The notes: generated by a model not told the origin, from the sequence alone. Shown: positions 1 through 13,377, numbered from the whole stretch's first letter. The stretch: 54,214 nucleotides of DNA, filler included, from Sluysia triapertura (GCA_046118255.1; 4 parts of 4 records of this genome joined end to end with filler, not necessarily neighbours in it), one strand, 5' to 3'. Translations and numbers: made by a program.

Positions 1-625
1 GTGTACTTATATAATGACAATACAGTTTTTTAATATTTGAATAAGTTGATTTAATTAATTTTTAAAATAATTATTTCAGTAAATTGAATGGATTAAGTAA
101 TTAAGTAACAGAAAAATAAAAACATAAATAAATTTAATTAGTTTTTCAATAAATAGCTTAAGAAAAACATAATGAAAGTGAGATTTAAACTAGTTAATTA
201 AATAATATTTGGTTACGTTTTTAGAGATTGTTACACAAATTTGAAAAATAAGTAAAATCTTTAAAATTTCAAAATAAATTAATAATTAATAAACTATTCA
301 TATAATTGAAACAAGCTTTAAATCATAATAATTTCAAAGAAATTGGAATAAACACGAATAAAAAACAGCACAATAAAGTAGGACTAAAAATAGAAAATAT
401 ACAAAAAACTAGAGTACAACAAATTACCTTCGAAATACTATAAATCGACTTTTTACTATATTGGGTTGCTATAGAATTATTGTAAGCAAAAATGAAAATT
501 ATATTGCCAAGTAAATTATAAAAAATAATGGATATTATGCATTAATTCTATAACATTGTGAGAGTAACTTCATAAATAAATTACATAGTACAGCAATGGC
601 ATACATAGATTTGGGAAATTCAATT

Positions 626-790
626 AATGTTTTTCGTAATAATATTAGCAATGTTTGGTATAAGTCAAATGAAATAAAAGCTTCTGATTGTAGTCAACCT
701 CAAATAAGTTGATAATTTCATTTCTTAGATACAAACCAAACCAAATTGGAATAAATAATGCTAAAATATTAAATGTTAACCAAGAAAATT
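626..790 (+). pseudogene. Decayed second copy of the chuvirus-like glycoprotein N-terminus
   Basis: Translates with frameshifts/stops to ILAMFGISQ..IKASDCSQP..KPNQIGINNAKILNVNQE, collinear with LLAMFGINRTSAIKASDCNQPRPNRIQVKDAKVMSVYQD of ORF 31245..31721(-). Confidence 0.75.
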
Positions 791-3700
791 AATTATAATA
801 TTAGTACTAGAATTAAATATAATGTCCAGAAAAGATGTTTTTACTACCTAGAATAGATGAAATGCTACATTGTTTATCATACATCTGTGATGCTGATGTT
901 GGAACGTATAAATTACAGAGAAAGATAAATATAAAACAGTATTTTATTATGGTAAAATATTGTACGATTGCGAAAAATGATTATTGATTTGTTATTTCCT
1001 CATAATAATTATTATTACAATAATATTGAATTATTGTTTTATTTTTTATTATTATTTTCCATTTTTTAATTTTTCTTTTTGTTTAAATAATCTTTTTAAT
1101 AAATTATAATTTAAACTTTTGCAAAATATTTATTTTAGACATACACATAATGGAACTCGAGTTTTGTAGTAAATATGATGTAAACTCAAGAATTGTTTGT
1201 CGTAGTAAGATTAACGTTTATGGAGTAATGGAATGTAATCAAGATAATTCTTCGTCTGATACTCCAAAAGTGGAAAATGAAAGTGATCCACTTCTTGAGT
1301 CTAACAAAGCTCGATCACACTCGAATTCTATAAAACCGATATTGGCAATAATTTTGTTATAAAGTAAGAACTTGTCTGAAATGTATAATAAATTGATTAC
1401 TGTACTTTCCTTATTATAAGGTGTACCTCCTAATCTCTTTAAGGTGCCTCTTATAATGCGCAAAATACGATAATGATAATTTGAGAGCTTTTTATATGAA
1501 GATGTTTTGTATTGTATAAGGAAGTCGTTGTGCAATAAGTTTTCGATATCACTCATCCTTAAAAAGAATCGCGTGTTTTCATTGTTACTATAAGTTATAT
1601 CCTTAAATTCGTCAAAATTTCTAATAAAACATTAAAAATAGCCGTCTTTTCGAATTTTTTGATCCATTCGGTGTGCTGGGTGTCATGATAAACAATAGCA
1701 TTCTTTAGTAGAAAAAAATTAAGCAGAATAGTTATCTCTGAACATCATCATTAGTAACCTCAGAATTCACAGTTTTAATAAATTAATAATATGAATAATA
1801 CATGCTACATTTAGCCTGGAGTAAATTTTTGGTATTTCATAAGCAATACTTATTAAAACTTTTTTGAAGCATATCAAATAAAACATTAACCATTGATTTT
1901 AATGGTTTGATATTGTTCTCAGTCACTACACACACCTTAATGTCTAAAATGTTCTGAAGGACAATTTGTAATCGCTTTCAGTTGGTTTGCAAAAAATTTT
2001 CTGCTTGGCATTTATTTTTATTTAATCTTAACTTGATTAACACTTTAATTAACTCAATTTAAAGCTCGGCAAAACATGTATACTTGATTTTAGTGGAATG
2101 ATTAAACAATAACAAATGAAATAATAAACAACATAGACAACAAAAATATCAATTTCAAAACAAAACACTAGTCTACAAATCTGGAACATTTTTTGCGAAA
2201 ATGTGAAAGTTCATCCTAGGTTGATAATGCAAATGATTTTAGCCAAAGTGAAGTAGGAGATTATGTTGATTCAAAATCAACTAATTTAGCAAATTAAGTA
2301 TATGTTACTAACGTGAAACTCATGGTGCATTCTTGAAATATTATCAAAATAATTTAATGACAAGTGTTTAATAATTTCAGTGTCTATCAGTTTTTATGCA
2401 AATATGATCGCACTTTGATATTACTGCTAAACTGCAATCACTGGTTTGTTTATATTACTCATTGCACTATATTCAATTTGCATGTCATTACAAAAAAAAC
2501 AGACTCGCTTATTGATTTTTTATTACCACTAGAATTTACTTTTTGATTTTTTAATTTTATATTTTCAATTAATTATTAATGTAAAAAATTTTACTTTTAT
2601 ATTTTTTAATTTTTATGATTTTGTGTGAAAAATGAAATTATAAAAATATTAAAATTATATTATTTTAAAAAAATTACTATTTTAATTATAAAAATAAAAT
2701 TCGTATTATTATAAATTAAAAAATACCTAAAAAGAAACTTTTCGAAAGAAGTTCGTTTAATTAAATCAAGTTTTTAAAAAATGTCTTTATGTCTACATAA
2801 AGAAATACACAAGTAGAAAGCTACCATTTGTTAAATTAGAACGCCATCATTAAAAAATCAGATAAAGAAAACAAATAAGGAAACCATCACGTCATTTTCA
2901 TCGTCAAGTAAACCCATTTCAAGGAAATCGTTCGTGGCATCATCCAGTTCGTCGTCAACAAATTCATCATCAAATTTTTACAATTATTGTGCGAACCCCG
3001 AGTATTCGATTAGAGGGGTAGCATTTCCAAAGCAGCAATAATTTTATTTGACAATTCAATTTCCAGCAATATCGCCGGAGATTTTAAATAATTAATTAAA
3101 ATTCGTAAGTTTGATTTATATAAGTTGCTAAACTCACATAGAAATATAAAATACATTTATAATAGTATTTTTCACGGTTGGTCATTAAGACCAATCATAA
3201 AATCAATCTAAAATATAAAATCCTAAACCTTTAATTTGCCCTTAAGGTCAATTATAAAATAGTTATTGTAGGGTAGAGTTTTTATAATTTTATTATAATT
3301 ATAATAATAATATTATTATTATCACTTTATCATTTATAAATTTTTGTAGTATTAATGTTTGTTTCTTATTGAATTTTGTGTATTTATAATAATTTTATTT
3401 TAGGCCAAATTTTTATATAATAAAAGTATCAAAAATTGTACATTTTGTTAATTATTCTGATATTAAAATCACAACTTAGACCTATTTGATAGTTACCATA
3501 ATTCTAATTTAGGAGAAAAACCAAAAGCCCTAACGGTCATTAAATTAAAATATAAAGGGACAAGGAAAGATACATTTTCATACAAATATTATTCACTATA
3601 ATTTTATACAATTCCTAAGTTAGCGTTGGTCTTAATTAGTTTTTAGGTTATTTGTTGTTAATTGACATAAACGAGGATTTTGCCCATTATTGTTAAGTTA

Positions 3701-4759
3701 AGGCAAAGAATATTTTTATACGATTAATTTTGATAATTGTTTTCACGTAATTTTACAGGTACGCCATTAGTAAGTTGTATACTATAAACGGATTCATAAT
3801 AATTAATTATTTTGCTGTAAGTTAGGTTTTTTAGATTAAGAAAAACACCCAGCAAATGGAAATGAAATTAACATCAGTAAAAATGAAAACAAAAAATTAT
3901 TATCAATGTCATGAAAAAAGGAACATTTAAAAAACATATATATAAGTTATATATCTTATTGAAAATACAATAAAGTAAAATAAGTAATTTATAAAATTTG
4001 ATTTAACAAATGCTATTAATTACAATTATTGTGAATTAATTTAAATTTGGTAAGCAATTTTTTTACATTTACTTTCATGTAACAAATTGTTTAATAACAA
4101 TTATTTAACAATTTTTTACATTAGAATTATTGATTAATAGAGATCATTATGGTGAAAAATACTCTTATAATAATAATATTAATATTAATAATATCCCATG
4201 AATTATATTTGTAAAAGTATTTTAAAGTGTTTTTGTGTTTTTATGTGTAAATATTTTAAAATGTTTTTATTATTAATATTATTATTATTTTAATTAAAAT
4301 TGAATAAAATAAAATAAAATAAAATTATTTTAAATAATTGATTTTAAAACAAAGAAATTCGTTTAAATAAATCAAAAAATAAAGAAATTGATTTTAAAAT
4401 AAAGAAATTTGTTTCTTCAAATTAAATAAATTATCTGGATCTATTGTTAGAATATCTCGGTAAATTTTTAATTATTTAATTATTTTATAAAAAAATTATT
4501 TTAAGAAAAATATTAATTATCAAGAAAATTACACTAGTATAAATAGAAGAATAAAATTTTAAAAATAGACAAACAAGACAACACGAATTTAGCAGTGTTA
4601 GAAATATTAAGAAGAATTTTCATTGTTTGGATCCAGATACAGATAAAACTTTTCCATGTCTATGTTATTGAAAAACTCAAAGTAATTTTTTTGTATATAG
4701 GATTCATAATATCACCTTACTAGGGATATTTAAAATCATACTTAAAATAAAGTAACCAT

Positions 4760-5440
4760 TTTTGTCAACACCTTAAAGAAAGGGTTGAGTAATTTCTAAT
4801 TTTAAACTCGAATTTTCTAATCAACCTCAGCGTTGAATTATTAACTTGTATATTATTACTATACAAATTCATTTGTAAGAATTTAGTATTTTGGTATAGA
4901 ATAGAATTTTTAGAGAGTTAAACAGCTTTTTGTTTTTGAGAATCTAAACAAGTTAATTGTAATAGAGTAATTTGAACAACCAGATAAAACATTAAATTTA
5001 TTTTTATTTAACAACACCTTAATCTAAAAAGGGTTGTGTAAAATCCTAAAATAACATTTTTTCATACAACATCTCATTAAGAGAGTTGTGTAATCTATTT
5101 TTATTTAACAACACCTTAATAAAAGGGTTGTGAAACATAACTAAAATCTAACGACTTAGATAGTCGAGTTAAGTTTTATTTAGTTGTACTGTAAGATATT
5201 TAATTTAAGTGTTAGATAAACACTAGTATCGTAATTTGAACCAGTCGATTTATTTGAACTTTAAGTTAAGTTTTAAAATTTCAAAACCTAATAATACGTC
5301 TCCAAGTTTGGTATAAAACGTATATATTAGGCGGACCGACCTATCGGATAATTTGTTAAGTATAAGAAAATACTAGCAAATTAATGATTTTAAGTATAGA
5401 TTTTAAAGCTGAAATTATTAGAGCTATCTTACAAAATTTT
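4760..5440 (+). repeat. Interspersed repeat with tandem CAACACC...GGGTTG hairpin units; probable LTR-retroelement 5' leader
   Basis: Units at ~4766, ~5012, ~5067 and ~5109. 5283-5390 aligns in reverse complement to ~12945-13055. It is followed by a gag-like start (AILQNFDG, NIVPKFN). Confidence 0.65.
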
Positions 5441-6299
5441 GATGGTAATACAGTTCCCACTTAATCGATGTAATATCGTTCCAAAGTTCAATATTTGATA
5501 AAAATTGTATTCCAATAATTTATGAATTATAATTAATGCGTCCAAAACTGATCTTTGTAATAATAAAATTTTCCGAGTTGCTGCTGCAACGATATAGTCG
5601 TCTTAGAAATACAAGCTGATCACTTTTTAAATATCTTTAAAAACTCTCCGTCGAATTATTGAAACGTAACTTCTTGTATTTATATGGTTGTTCTTTATCA
5701 TTGAATAATTCCTTTTTACCATTAAAATTCAATAATAATATTTTTACTAGTTTTTTGTGCTATTTCTTATAATCAAAACTCAATAATAAGATAACAAAAA
5801 GTATTTTATAATTTCTTTTTAGCTTTTTGTACTAGATAATAATAAGTTTTCGTTTTTTAGTTTGTATTCAAAATATAAAGAATAATACAATTTACAGTAT
5901 TTAGGAAAGTAAAATATATTTAGAGAAATTATTTACAAAAAAATTTATTTAATATTTACTAGTTGTTTTTAATATTTACATTTATCAGAGATGATACTTA
6001 ATAAAATATAAAATAATATTGTAAAATAATATTAATAGAAATATTTTTTACAAATTTTTATTATTTATTAGCATTAATATTTATAATACAAATATTTACA
6101 AAAATAATAATTAAAGTTATAATAAAAATTCTCAATGTAGTATCAAAAATATACAACCAGTTACCAGAGAATGTCAAATTTCTGGAAGATTATGAAATAT
6201 TTAAGAAAAAGGCAAAGTTATTTCTGTTTCAGAAATATTATGGTGAATGACTTACCTTAAGCGTTTTTGAAACTTACGCAATATAAATTAATATATTAT

Positions 6300-6560
6300 T
6301 ATTATTAATGATATTTTTCTAATTCTTCAAACTTATTAAACAACTTTGCTACACATTTATTCTCCTACTAATAATAAACTTCCAGCTAATGGTTCATGTC
6401 TTTGCTGACATTTTTACTCTGCTATTAATGAAGATTCAAAGTCTGCATAAAAATTAGGAAAAAATTGACTTATTTAGATCATTAAATCCATATTTGTTTT
6501 CATTTGGTATTGTGCACTAATTACCTTAATGATTATAAAATGAGACATCTGTTCTAAATC
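6300..6560 (-). pseudogene. Polinton/Maverick protein-primed family B DNA polymerase (pPolB) fragment
   Basis: Minus strand gives QFFPNFYADFESSL...QQRHEP...CVAKLFNKFEELEKY (YADFES at 6432-6449), matching the pPolB exonuclease-I YADFE motif and downstream Q.H.P. Stops and frameshifts present. Confidence 0.6.
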
Positions 6561-7594
6561 TTTTTAGACAACTTACACCTTACCCTTAAAAAGTTCTTCA
6601 CGTATTGGACTTATTACAATCTTTATTAATCGTTATCTACGATTGAAATTTTGCAATTCAAATATTATTATATTTTCATCATCACCATTGTTATCAATTC
6701 CATTATTTCTTAATTATTAGCCACTGAAAAACAATAGTAGCTGATAATTAAAAAAATTATGAAATAAAATTGATTATTTTTAATTTTTTAATCATGCGAT
6801 TATTACTATTATGTTATCGTGATCACTTTAGTGATCATGACCATAGCAAAATAATAACAATTATTATCATCATCATTATTACTATTATTTATGATGCCCC
6901 AAATTAGAGAATAGAACGATACGAAAATGTGTCGTGTAATTGATCTAAATCTAATTAGTTTTGCAGCTTTTATTTTTACACTTTAATAGTAAATTCTATT
7001 AATTATCAATTTGGAAGAGAAGATAATGTATTTGATAGACAGCATACAGAGATTATATGAAAAGACTCAAAGATATTCATATTTTTTAATTTTGAGTGAA
7101 CGAAAGATATTTATTCGTTACGAACTGATAATCATAGATTATTTTTATCATTGTGATACCATTTCATTTATTTATAATTACACTTCGTATTTAACAATTG
7201 GTTTTTATTATACGCTTTACTTTGTATTGCTTACGCAATACTAATAATCTAAAAAATGAACTTGCACTAGTGGTTATTAACACTTGTCATATAAACTTAC
7301 GCGTAAAAGAGGGAAAGTGTTTTTCGAGAGATAATTAATCGCAACCATCACAAACTTGGGCTGATTCACAAATATCAAATACAAACGATTCACCAAGTAA
7401 GCCTATTATTTAGCATAAGTTGTAATTTTATGTTATTAAACTGTTATTATTCTTTATGTTTTATGTTCTTTGTTGTATGGCTAATATAAAATTTTGGTTT
7501 TATTTTGTTCTAATTGAATCAGTTGTAATTAAAATATTGATGTTTTTCTTTCAATAAAATTCCTAAAATATGAAAAAATAATAAACAAAATAAC

Positions 7595-7655
7595 TAATTC
7601 AATAACATTACAGTAATTCAAATAACATTACAGTAATTCAAATAACAGTAACATT
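7595..7655. repeat. ~20-bp minisatellite (TAATTCAAATAACATTACAG), about 3 copies
   Basis: Direct tandem copies visible in the sequence. Confidence 0.8.
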
Positions 7656-8971
7656 AAATGACCCAACCCAACACATTGGGTAATAAAAGGATTAACATGT
7701 TTAGATTTCACATAACTTATATGACAATTTTCTCCATCTAAATAACTTGTATGGGTATTTACAATGTAATCATTTTCATCCAAACATAATGGAATTTTGC
7801 CAGGTGATCTTCAGGCAGAGCACTACTAATTCGATTAATTTCTGAAAAAGAAACTAAGTTATAATAAAAATAAATATATACTTGGTTTGCAATGTCATTG
7901 GACGATTACTATTTATTTATATTTCTGTTGAGTCTTTAAAAATTACTAGCTATGATAACTCAATATTATTTTAATTAGCTAAAACAGAATCTTAATAATA
8001 TAAATTATTCAATAATTCTCATATTTAATATCAATAATTATTCATCCCAAAATTAAGCTCTTGGAAATCAAATCAATAACAACAAAACAACAATTTATTG
8101 GTTAAATAAAATTCAATTACCAATTAGTATTATTATAAATCTCTATTAAGCAGTACTAAAAACAATTAAATGAATTACAAATTATTATTATTATAAATCT
8201 CTGTCAAACAGTACTAAAATGATTAAAATGACGAGATTAACAATAACGTTTATAATAGTATCAAGGATATAACAATCTATCAAAAGAAACCAGAGGTGAC
8301 GCAACACTAATAAAAATATTAACTATTACTCACGATTATCAAATGTAAATTTTTCAAACAACATAAGAATAAAATCCTCCAAAATATATTTTTAATTATA
8401 AAAGCATCGATCTTCTCATTTACATTACTAGTTGTTATTATTGTTGTATTGTCGTTGCGTTATTGTGTTATAAAATTTTTAAGTTTTCCTTTTTATATTT
8501 TATTATTATCCAATAATTTCCAATTTTGTGATTAAACATTTTCTCAAAATATATCACTGCAACATTAATCCGACAATAATAACTTTGACTCTTACACGGT
8601 ACAGACTGTTAAACTTTATTAAATACAGAAAACAAAAATTTGATTTACGATTATCTATTATTTTCCTTTACTCTACTCAATCTACTTTCACTTAAATTAA
8701 TTCTCACATTAAAATAACAATCATTATTATTGTTAATATACATAAAAATATGTAATTTAATTTTAGTTTTCAGAATTTAATCGATTTCTGGTTTTTCGCA
8801 CCCAATTTTCTAATGAAAAATGTTTAAGATTCTTATTCTCAAACAAACCACTCTACAAATATTTCAAATTCACTTCTAGATTCTCCTCTTTCATAGCAAT
8901 CATCTCATATTCAGTCCATTATATGAGTATATAAAATTTAACATTACATAATTAAGAATTAATTAGCATTT

Positions 8972-9125
8972 TGTTAGACTTCATAAAATGGACTGACCGG
9001 GGATCGAACCCGGGACCATCGTCTGTGCAGTCGATGCTCTACCACTGAGCTATCAGCCCCGTCTAACAATTTCATTTTTAATATATTCAATTATAATATA
9101 TTCAATTATAACAATTACCCCAACA
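8972..9125 (-). mobile_element. tRNA-containing LTR-like element, copy 1 (154 bp)
   Basis: Minus strand begins TGTTGGGGTAA and ends GTCTAACA, like 29414-29573, and shares the internal ATAATTGAATATATT..AAATGAAATTGTTAGAC plus tRNA-like core. Flanks ATTT/AAGT do not form a perfect TSD. Confidence 0.75.
8989..9059 (-). pseudogene. tRNA-like sequence (tRNA-Cys-like, aberrant anticodon arm) inside the element
   Basis: Acceptor GGGCTGA/TCAGTCC, D-arm GCTC-AGTGGTA-GAGC, T-arm CCGGG-TTCGATC-CCCGG, then TTTT. Anticodon region TCGACTGCACAGACGA does not form a canonical 5-bp stem with 7-nt loop. Confidence 0.7.
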
Positions 9126-9139
9126 AAGTCCTTGACGCG

Positions 9140-9607
9140 AATTTACTCTAAAAAAATAAAACCTAGAACTTCTAAATCATCTGTTCTCGTCTCACATCCT
9201 TACACTTTCGGTTCAAATCGTGATAAAAACTGTATTGGCAGCGTATTATTGAGCGCTTTTGTGTTTCGATAGCAAAGTATTGTTTGGTTCTTTTACCGGT
9301 AGCAAGTAGAACTTGTCCAGATATATTCGAATCCAAAATGACATCTGATACTATCGGTAATATCAAAGGATTTTCGATAAGCATTTATTTGATGTGTTAT
9401 TGCATTGTAGCAATCTAATTCTGGTGTTAAAATAAGATTTACAAAATCTTCTAAATCTGCTTCATCATTCCGCAATAAAATTCTACAAGATTCAATATAG
9501 TGAGACAGTCTCAACGTATAATCTGCAATATTCCAATATTTATCAGAAATTTCTTTACAAATTAGAGGTCTGAGTGAATTTGTTTGAAAATTTTTAAATC
9601 GTACCAA
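9140..9607 (-). pseudogene. Unassigned degraded coding remnant
   Basis: 104-aa ORF 9293..9607 with protein-like composition; the same frame stays coding-like past the stop. No family recognised. Confidence 0.3.
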
Positions 9608-9974
9608 ACATTTTTAAATTTAAATCAAACTTTCACGACATATTCGTGTAATAATGATAATAACAATGATAGTATTAATTTAACGTAGAATTTCAAAAGC
9701 ATGTTTTATTGAAAACGTAAGATCTATAAATAAATATGTAGACATTGAAGCATTGTAAATATGAAGCATTGTAATTTATAATTTTAAAAATTTTAAAATT
9801 TTGAAATATCTCATTACAGAAAAATTAATTAGTACCACCTCGGTGTAAAATAAGTAATTGTTCAATCTTTTTTAGCAGAATTAATATCAAACAATTATAA
9901 TAGAATAAACGTGATATACTTATATAATACAGCTTAAACTTAGTATTTATTACACAAGTACTAAAAAGAATAAA

Positions 9975-10760
9975 TTATAAATCTGAAAATTGAAAATTAC
10001 TGTCTTTATATAAAGTGCTAATTTTGTCATCAGAAACATTATTAGAATATATTATCAAGCAAATATTATAAATATTATCAATATTATCAAGCAAAACATT
10101 TTGATGTTGTGAAATGAGAATGAAGCGGTGATAAAATAAGTTGTGGGTATGTGTATCATACTGCATAATAGGAGAGGATGTGATGGTGAAGCTTGGGTTG
10201 TGGGAGTAGATAAAGTAAATGGATGTGTCAAATCGTTTATAAAATTGGAATAATTGTGTTGATTGTAATAAGGTGAATGAATAGTAGAAGTAGTAGTTGA
10301 AGTGCTCTAATTCATCAATGCATACATACCAGTAGGATTAGGATAAACTTGATGAGCAGAAATAGTATGACAATTACAGGAGCAACCAGGTAAATACTTT
10401 ATTGATCCAGTACACTTACATGTGCAACAAATATAAGAAGTATTGGGTGTTTCCGTTGATTGTTGAATAAGAAATGGCAATAAAAGATTCTTAACATTCT
10501 AAGATTCATAACTTTCTGTATCAATCACATTAGAAAAAGTTGTTGAAGATACTGAAGGATTCATTAACTTATTTGAAGGTTCAAGATTGCTGGTGTAATT
10601 ATTATTGACTACCACCGTCACCATTATTATTATTATCGTGATTTTTGACTGCTATTTGGCCATATCTAAAGCGTTACCAGTGGTAGAATTTGAATTAAAT
10701 TTAGAACTAGTATCAATATCAAAATTATCTGGATGACACACTTCACATGCTTTCATAAAT
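9975..10760 (-). pseudogene. Degraded Ser/Thr/Asn-rich coding remnant with a Cys cluster
   Basis: Minus-strand translation includes MKACEVCHP and YICCTCKCTGSIKYLPGCSCNCH (~10367-10435); multiple stops. Confidence 0.35.
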
Positions 10761-12889
10761 AATTCTCCGTCACTACCTTTATTGTTGTTTATATTATCAG
10801 CATTTGAATTAGCGATAATTCCGATTCTTTTGCAGTATATTTCGATGAAATACTATCGGATGTAAATCATTAGTAAGACAAAAAAATAAAAGGTAGAGTT
10901 GAAAGTGCTGTTTAGAACGATGTAATGCGAATGGGAGAGAAGGTCAATTTTAGATATTATAGTCTATATAAAAATGTGTGAGGTTACTATGTCCATGAAA
11001 TACATGTAGATGAATTTGATGTGAATTTATGAATAACTGGGACACGACAATATCTATTAAAACTAATAATTTAAGAACCGCTGTGAAATAATACTCTACC
11101 TTATCAATGTAAATCTAATGGATAAAACAGATAATATCTGAAGAGTAGATCCTTTTTTGGCAATTACGTTGGCATTGAAACAACTGTTAAATTGTCATCA
11201 CAACCCTACTAAGATTCCGAAAATCTAATCTAATCTCATTTTTCAATAAAATAACTTATTTTTTAAAAAACAAAGCAATATTTCTAAAAAAAGAAATTTC
11301 TTTACTAAAAATAGAAAAGAACATTCTACAACATTCTATCAATTTCTATTGGTTGATGACTAGCATCAATTTCACAATTTTGACATTTACTTTATTCTCG
11401 GTTGCATGTTTAACTTTCATTGCTACGATTGTATCAATTTCATTATGGTGCCTATTTTTAGTTATTCTGCTCAAGTATTGTCAACAATCAACAGTGGATT
11501 ACGCTTCAAAACAGATTCTTATTTCCATGAATGCGGTAAATTATTTTTTATAAGGAATTTTTACTTTCCCAAAAATTATAAACTCTTACATAAAAATAAT
11601 TTTGTAAATTAGTCTTTTGTTCCGATCTACTGAGGGGAATTTTCTGTAAGTAAAATCAAATAGCAAAATTAAATATTTGTAAATATTATAAATTATAATT
11701 AATCAATCTATGTCAATCTATGTAAATATTTTGGTAAATTTAATTTTAAATATTATAAATTTAGTAAATTATAATTATTTTACTAATTATAATTATTCCA
11801 AGTTATGTAAATATTAATTATTTCAGCAGAGTAAAAAAGTTAATAAACTAATTATTTCAATCTATTTGTTTACAAAATTAATTCAATTTTATGATCGTTA
11901 TTTGTTCACAAAATAAATTAATTCGATTAATTATTTATAATTTGTTAATTTGTATACAAGATTAATTCAATTATAAAATTAATATGGAAAAATATCAGTA
12001 AGTGTCAAGTAATTTTAAAAATATATAAACAGTTTGACACTCAACAAAAAAGGACATTAATCGTTAAACAAATTATCTGAAGAATCAAGGAAAGTTTAAT
12101 TGCTCGAGCGTCTGATTTGGAAATCAAGGGAATTTTTAATTATTCAACAATTGATCATTATAGAAAAAACGTGCAACTGCTGGGACTATTCATTTAAATT
12201 AATTGACAAAACCGAATAATTTTTTGGAACCAAACAACAATTTGCAGATATTTTTCCATGAATAAATATGCTATTTTTGTTAAGACATTGCATTGATACA
12301 TTTGCATTAAAATCAACTTAAAATCTTTTCGTATTCAACTCAAGCATTCGACTGAGTTAAAATCAATCTAAATTCAAGTATATTTGATAAAACTCAAGTA
12401 GAAAGACCTTGAAATATATATTTATATACATTTAATATATTCGAATTTTGTATACATGTATTTGTCAATAATTTATTTATCTTCGAATAATACATTTTGT
12501 TATTTTAATTCTTCAACTTCAGTGTAGATAAACGGACTTTGTAGAGTAAGCTAAATAGTATACTTAATTGATTAAGCAAGACCTAATAGAGTTAATTGAT
12601 TTTAAGTTAATTAAAATAAATAAAGTAAAATATAATAGCGTATCAACCTTCATACTGAGTCAAAATTGATTAAGGAATCTTTAAAGTAGCTTTTGACATT
12701 TGACATCCTGTGAATATGTCTTCGTGCGGTATAAATCGTATATCACAGGTGAACCCGAAGAAATTAATATCATAATTGTTTAGTAAGAAAATCTGAACAA
12801 AATGATACCAACAAATTTTGACAAGTTATCTCAAGATTTTCAAACGCCATATTCAGTCCAGTTATGCTATGATGAATAAAAATTATGGA

Positions 12890-13246
12890 ATAATTTTACA
12901 AAATAGTTCTTCGTCTATCATAAGCTTTCATAAATTGAAGAAATGAACAATTAATACTGCTAGTGTTTTTCTTACACGTAAACAAATTACCTGAAGAGTC
13001 GGTTCGCCTAATATACACGCTTTACACCAAAATTGGAGACGTATTATTAGGATTTACTATAATTTTTATATTAGTATTCACTTAATACCTTAACTTACAG
13101 ATATTAAATTAACCTTAACTTTTAGATAGTTAATTTAATTAAATTAATTAAGATTTTATGCGTATGTTACGCAACCCTTTTTATGGTGTTGCTTCAAAAT
13201 ATATTTAAGATTTTATATTTACGCAACCCTTTTTATGGTGTTGCTT
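12890..13246 (-). repeat. Second (inverted) copy of the 4760-5440 repeat, truncated by the gap
   Basis: Reverse complement reads GCAACACCATAAAAAGGGTTGCGTAA twice, then CCTAATAATACGTCTCCAATTTTGGTGTAAAGCGTGTATATTAGGCGAACCGAC, matching 5287-5340. Confidence 0.75.
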
Positions 13247-13346
13247 NNNNNNNNNNNNNNNNNNNNNNNNNNNNNNNNNNNNNNNNNNNNTTAATTAATT
13301 AANNNNNNNNNNNNNNNNNNNNNNNNNNNNNNNNNNNNNNNNNNNN
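13247..13346. other. Assembly gap with artificial linker
   Basis: N44-TTAATTAATTAA-N44, identical at three places in the window. Confidence 0.97.
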
Positions 13347-13348
13347 TA

Positions 13349-13377
<29 letters not shown>
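13347..13377. repeat. (ATT)n microsatellite
   Basis: Directly visible next to the gap. Confidence 0.9.

Noticed and set aside
4760-5140. CRISPR array
   Set aside because: Eukaryotic context, degenerate units of variable length, spacers partly similar to each other, no cas genes.
13291-13302. Palindromic TTAATTAATTAA repeated at 13291, 25196 and 37547
   Set aside because: Always centred in exactly 44+44 Ns; an artificial all-frame stop linker from assembly, not biology.
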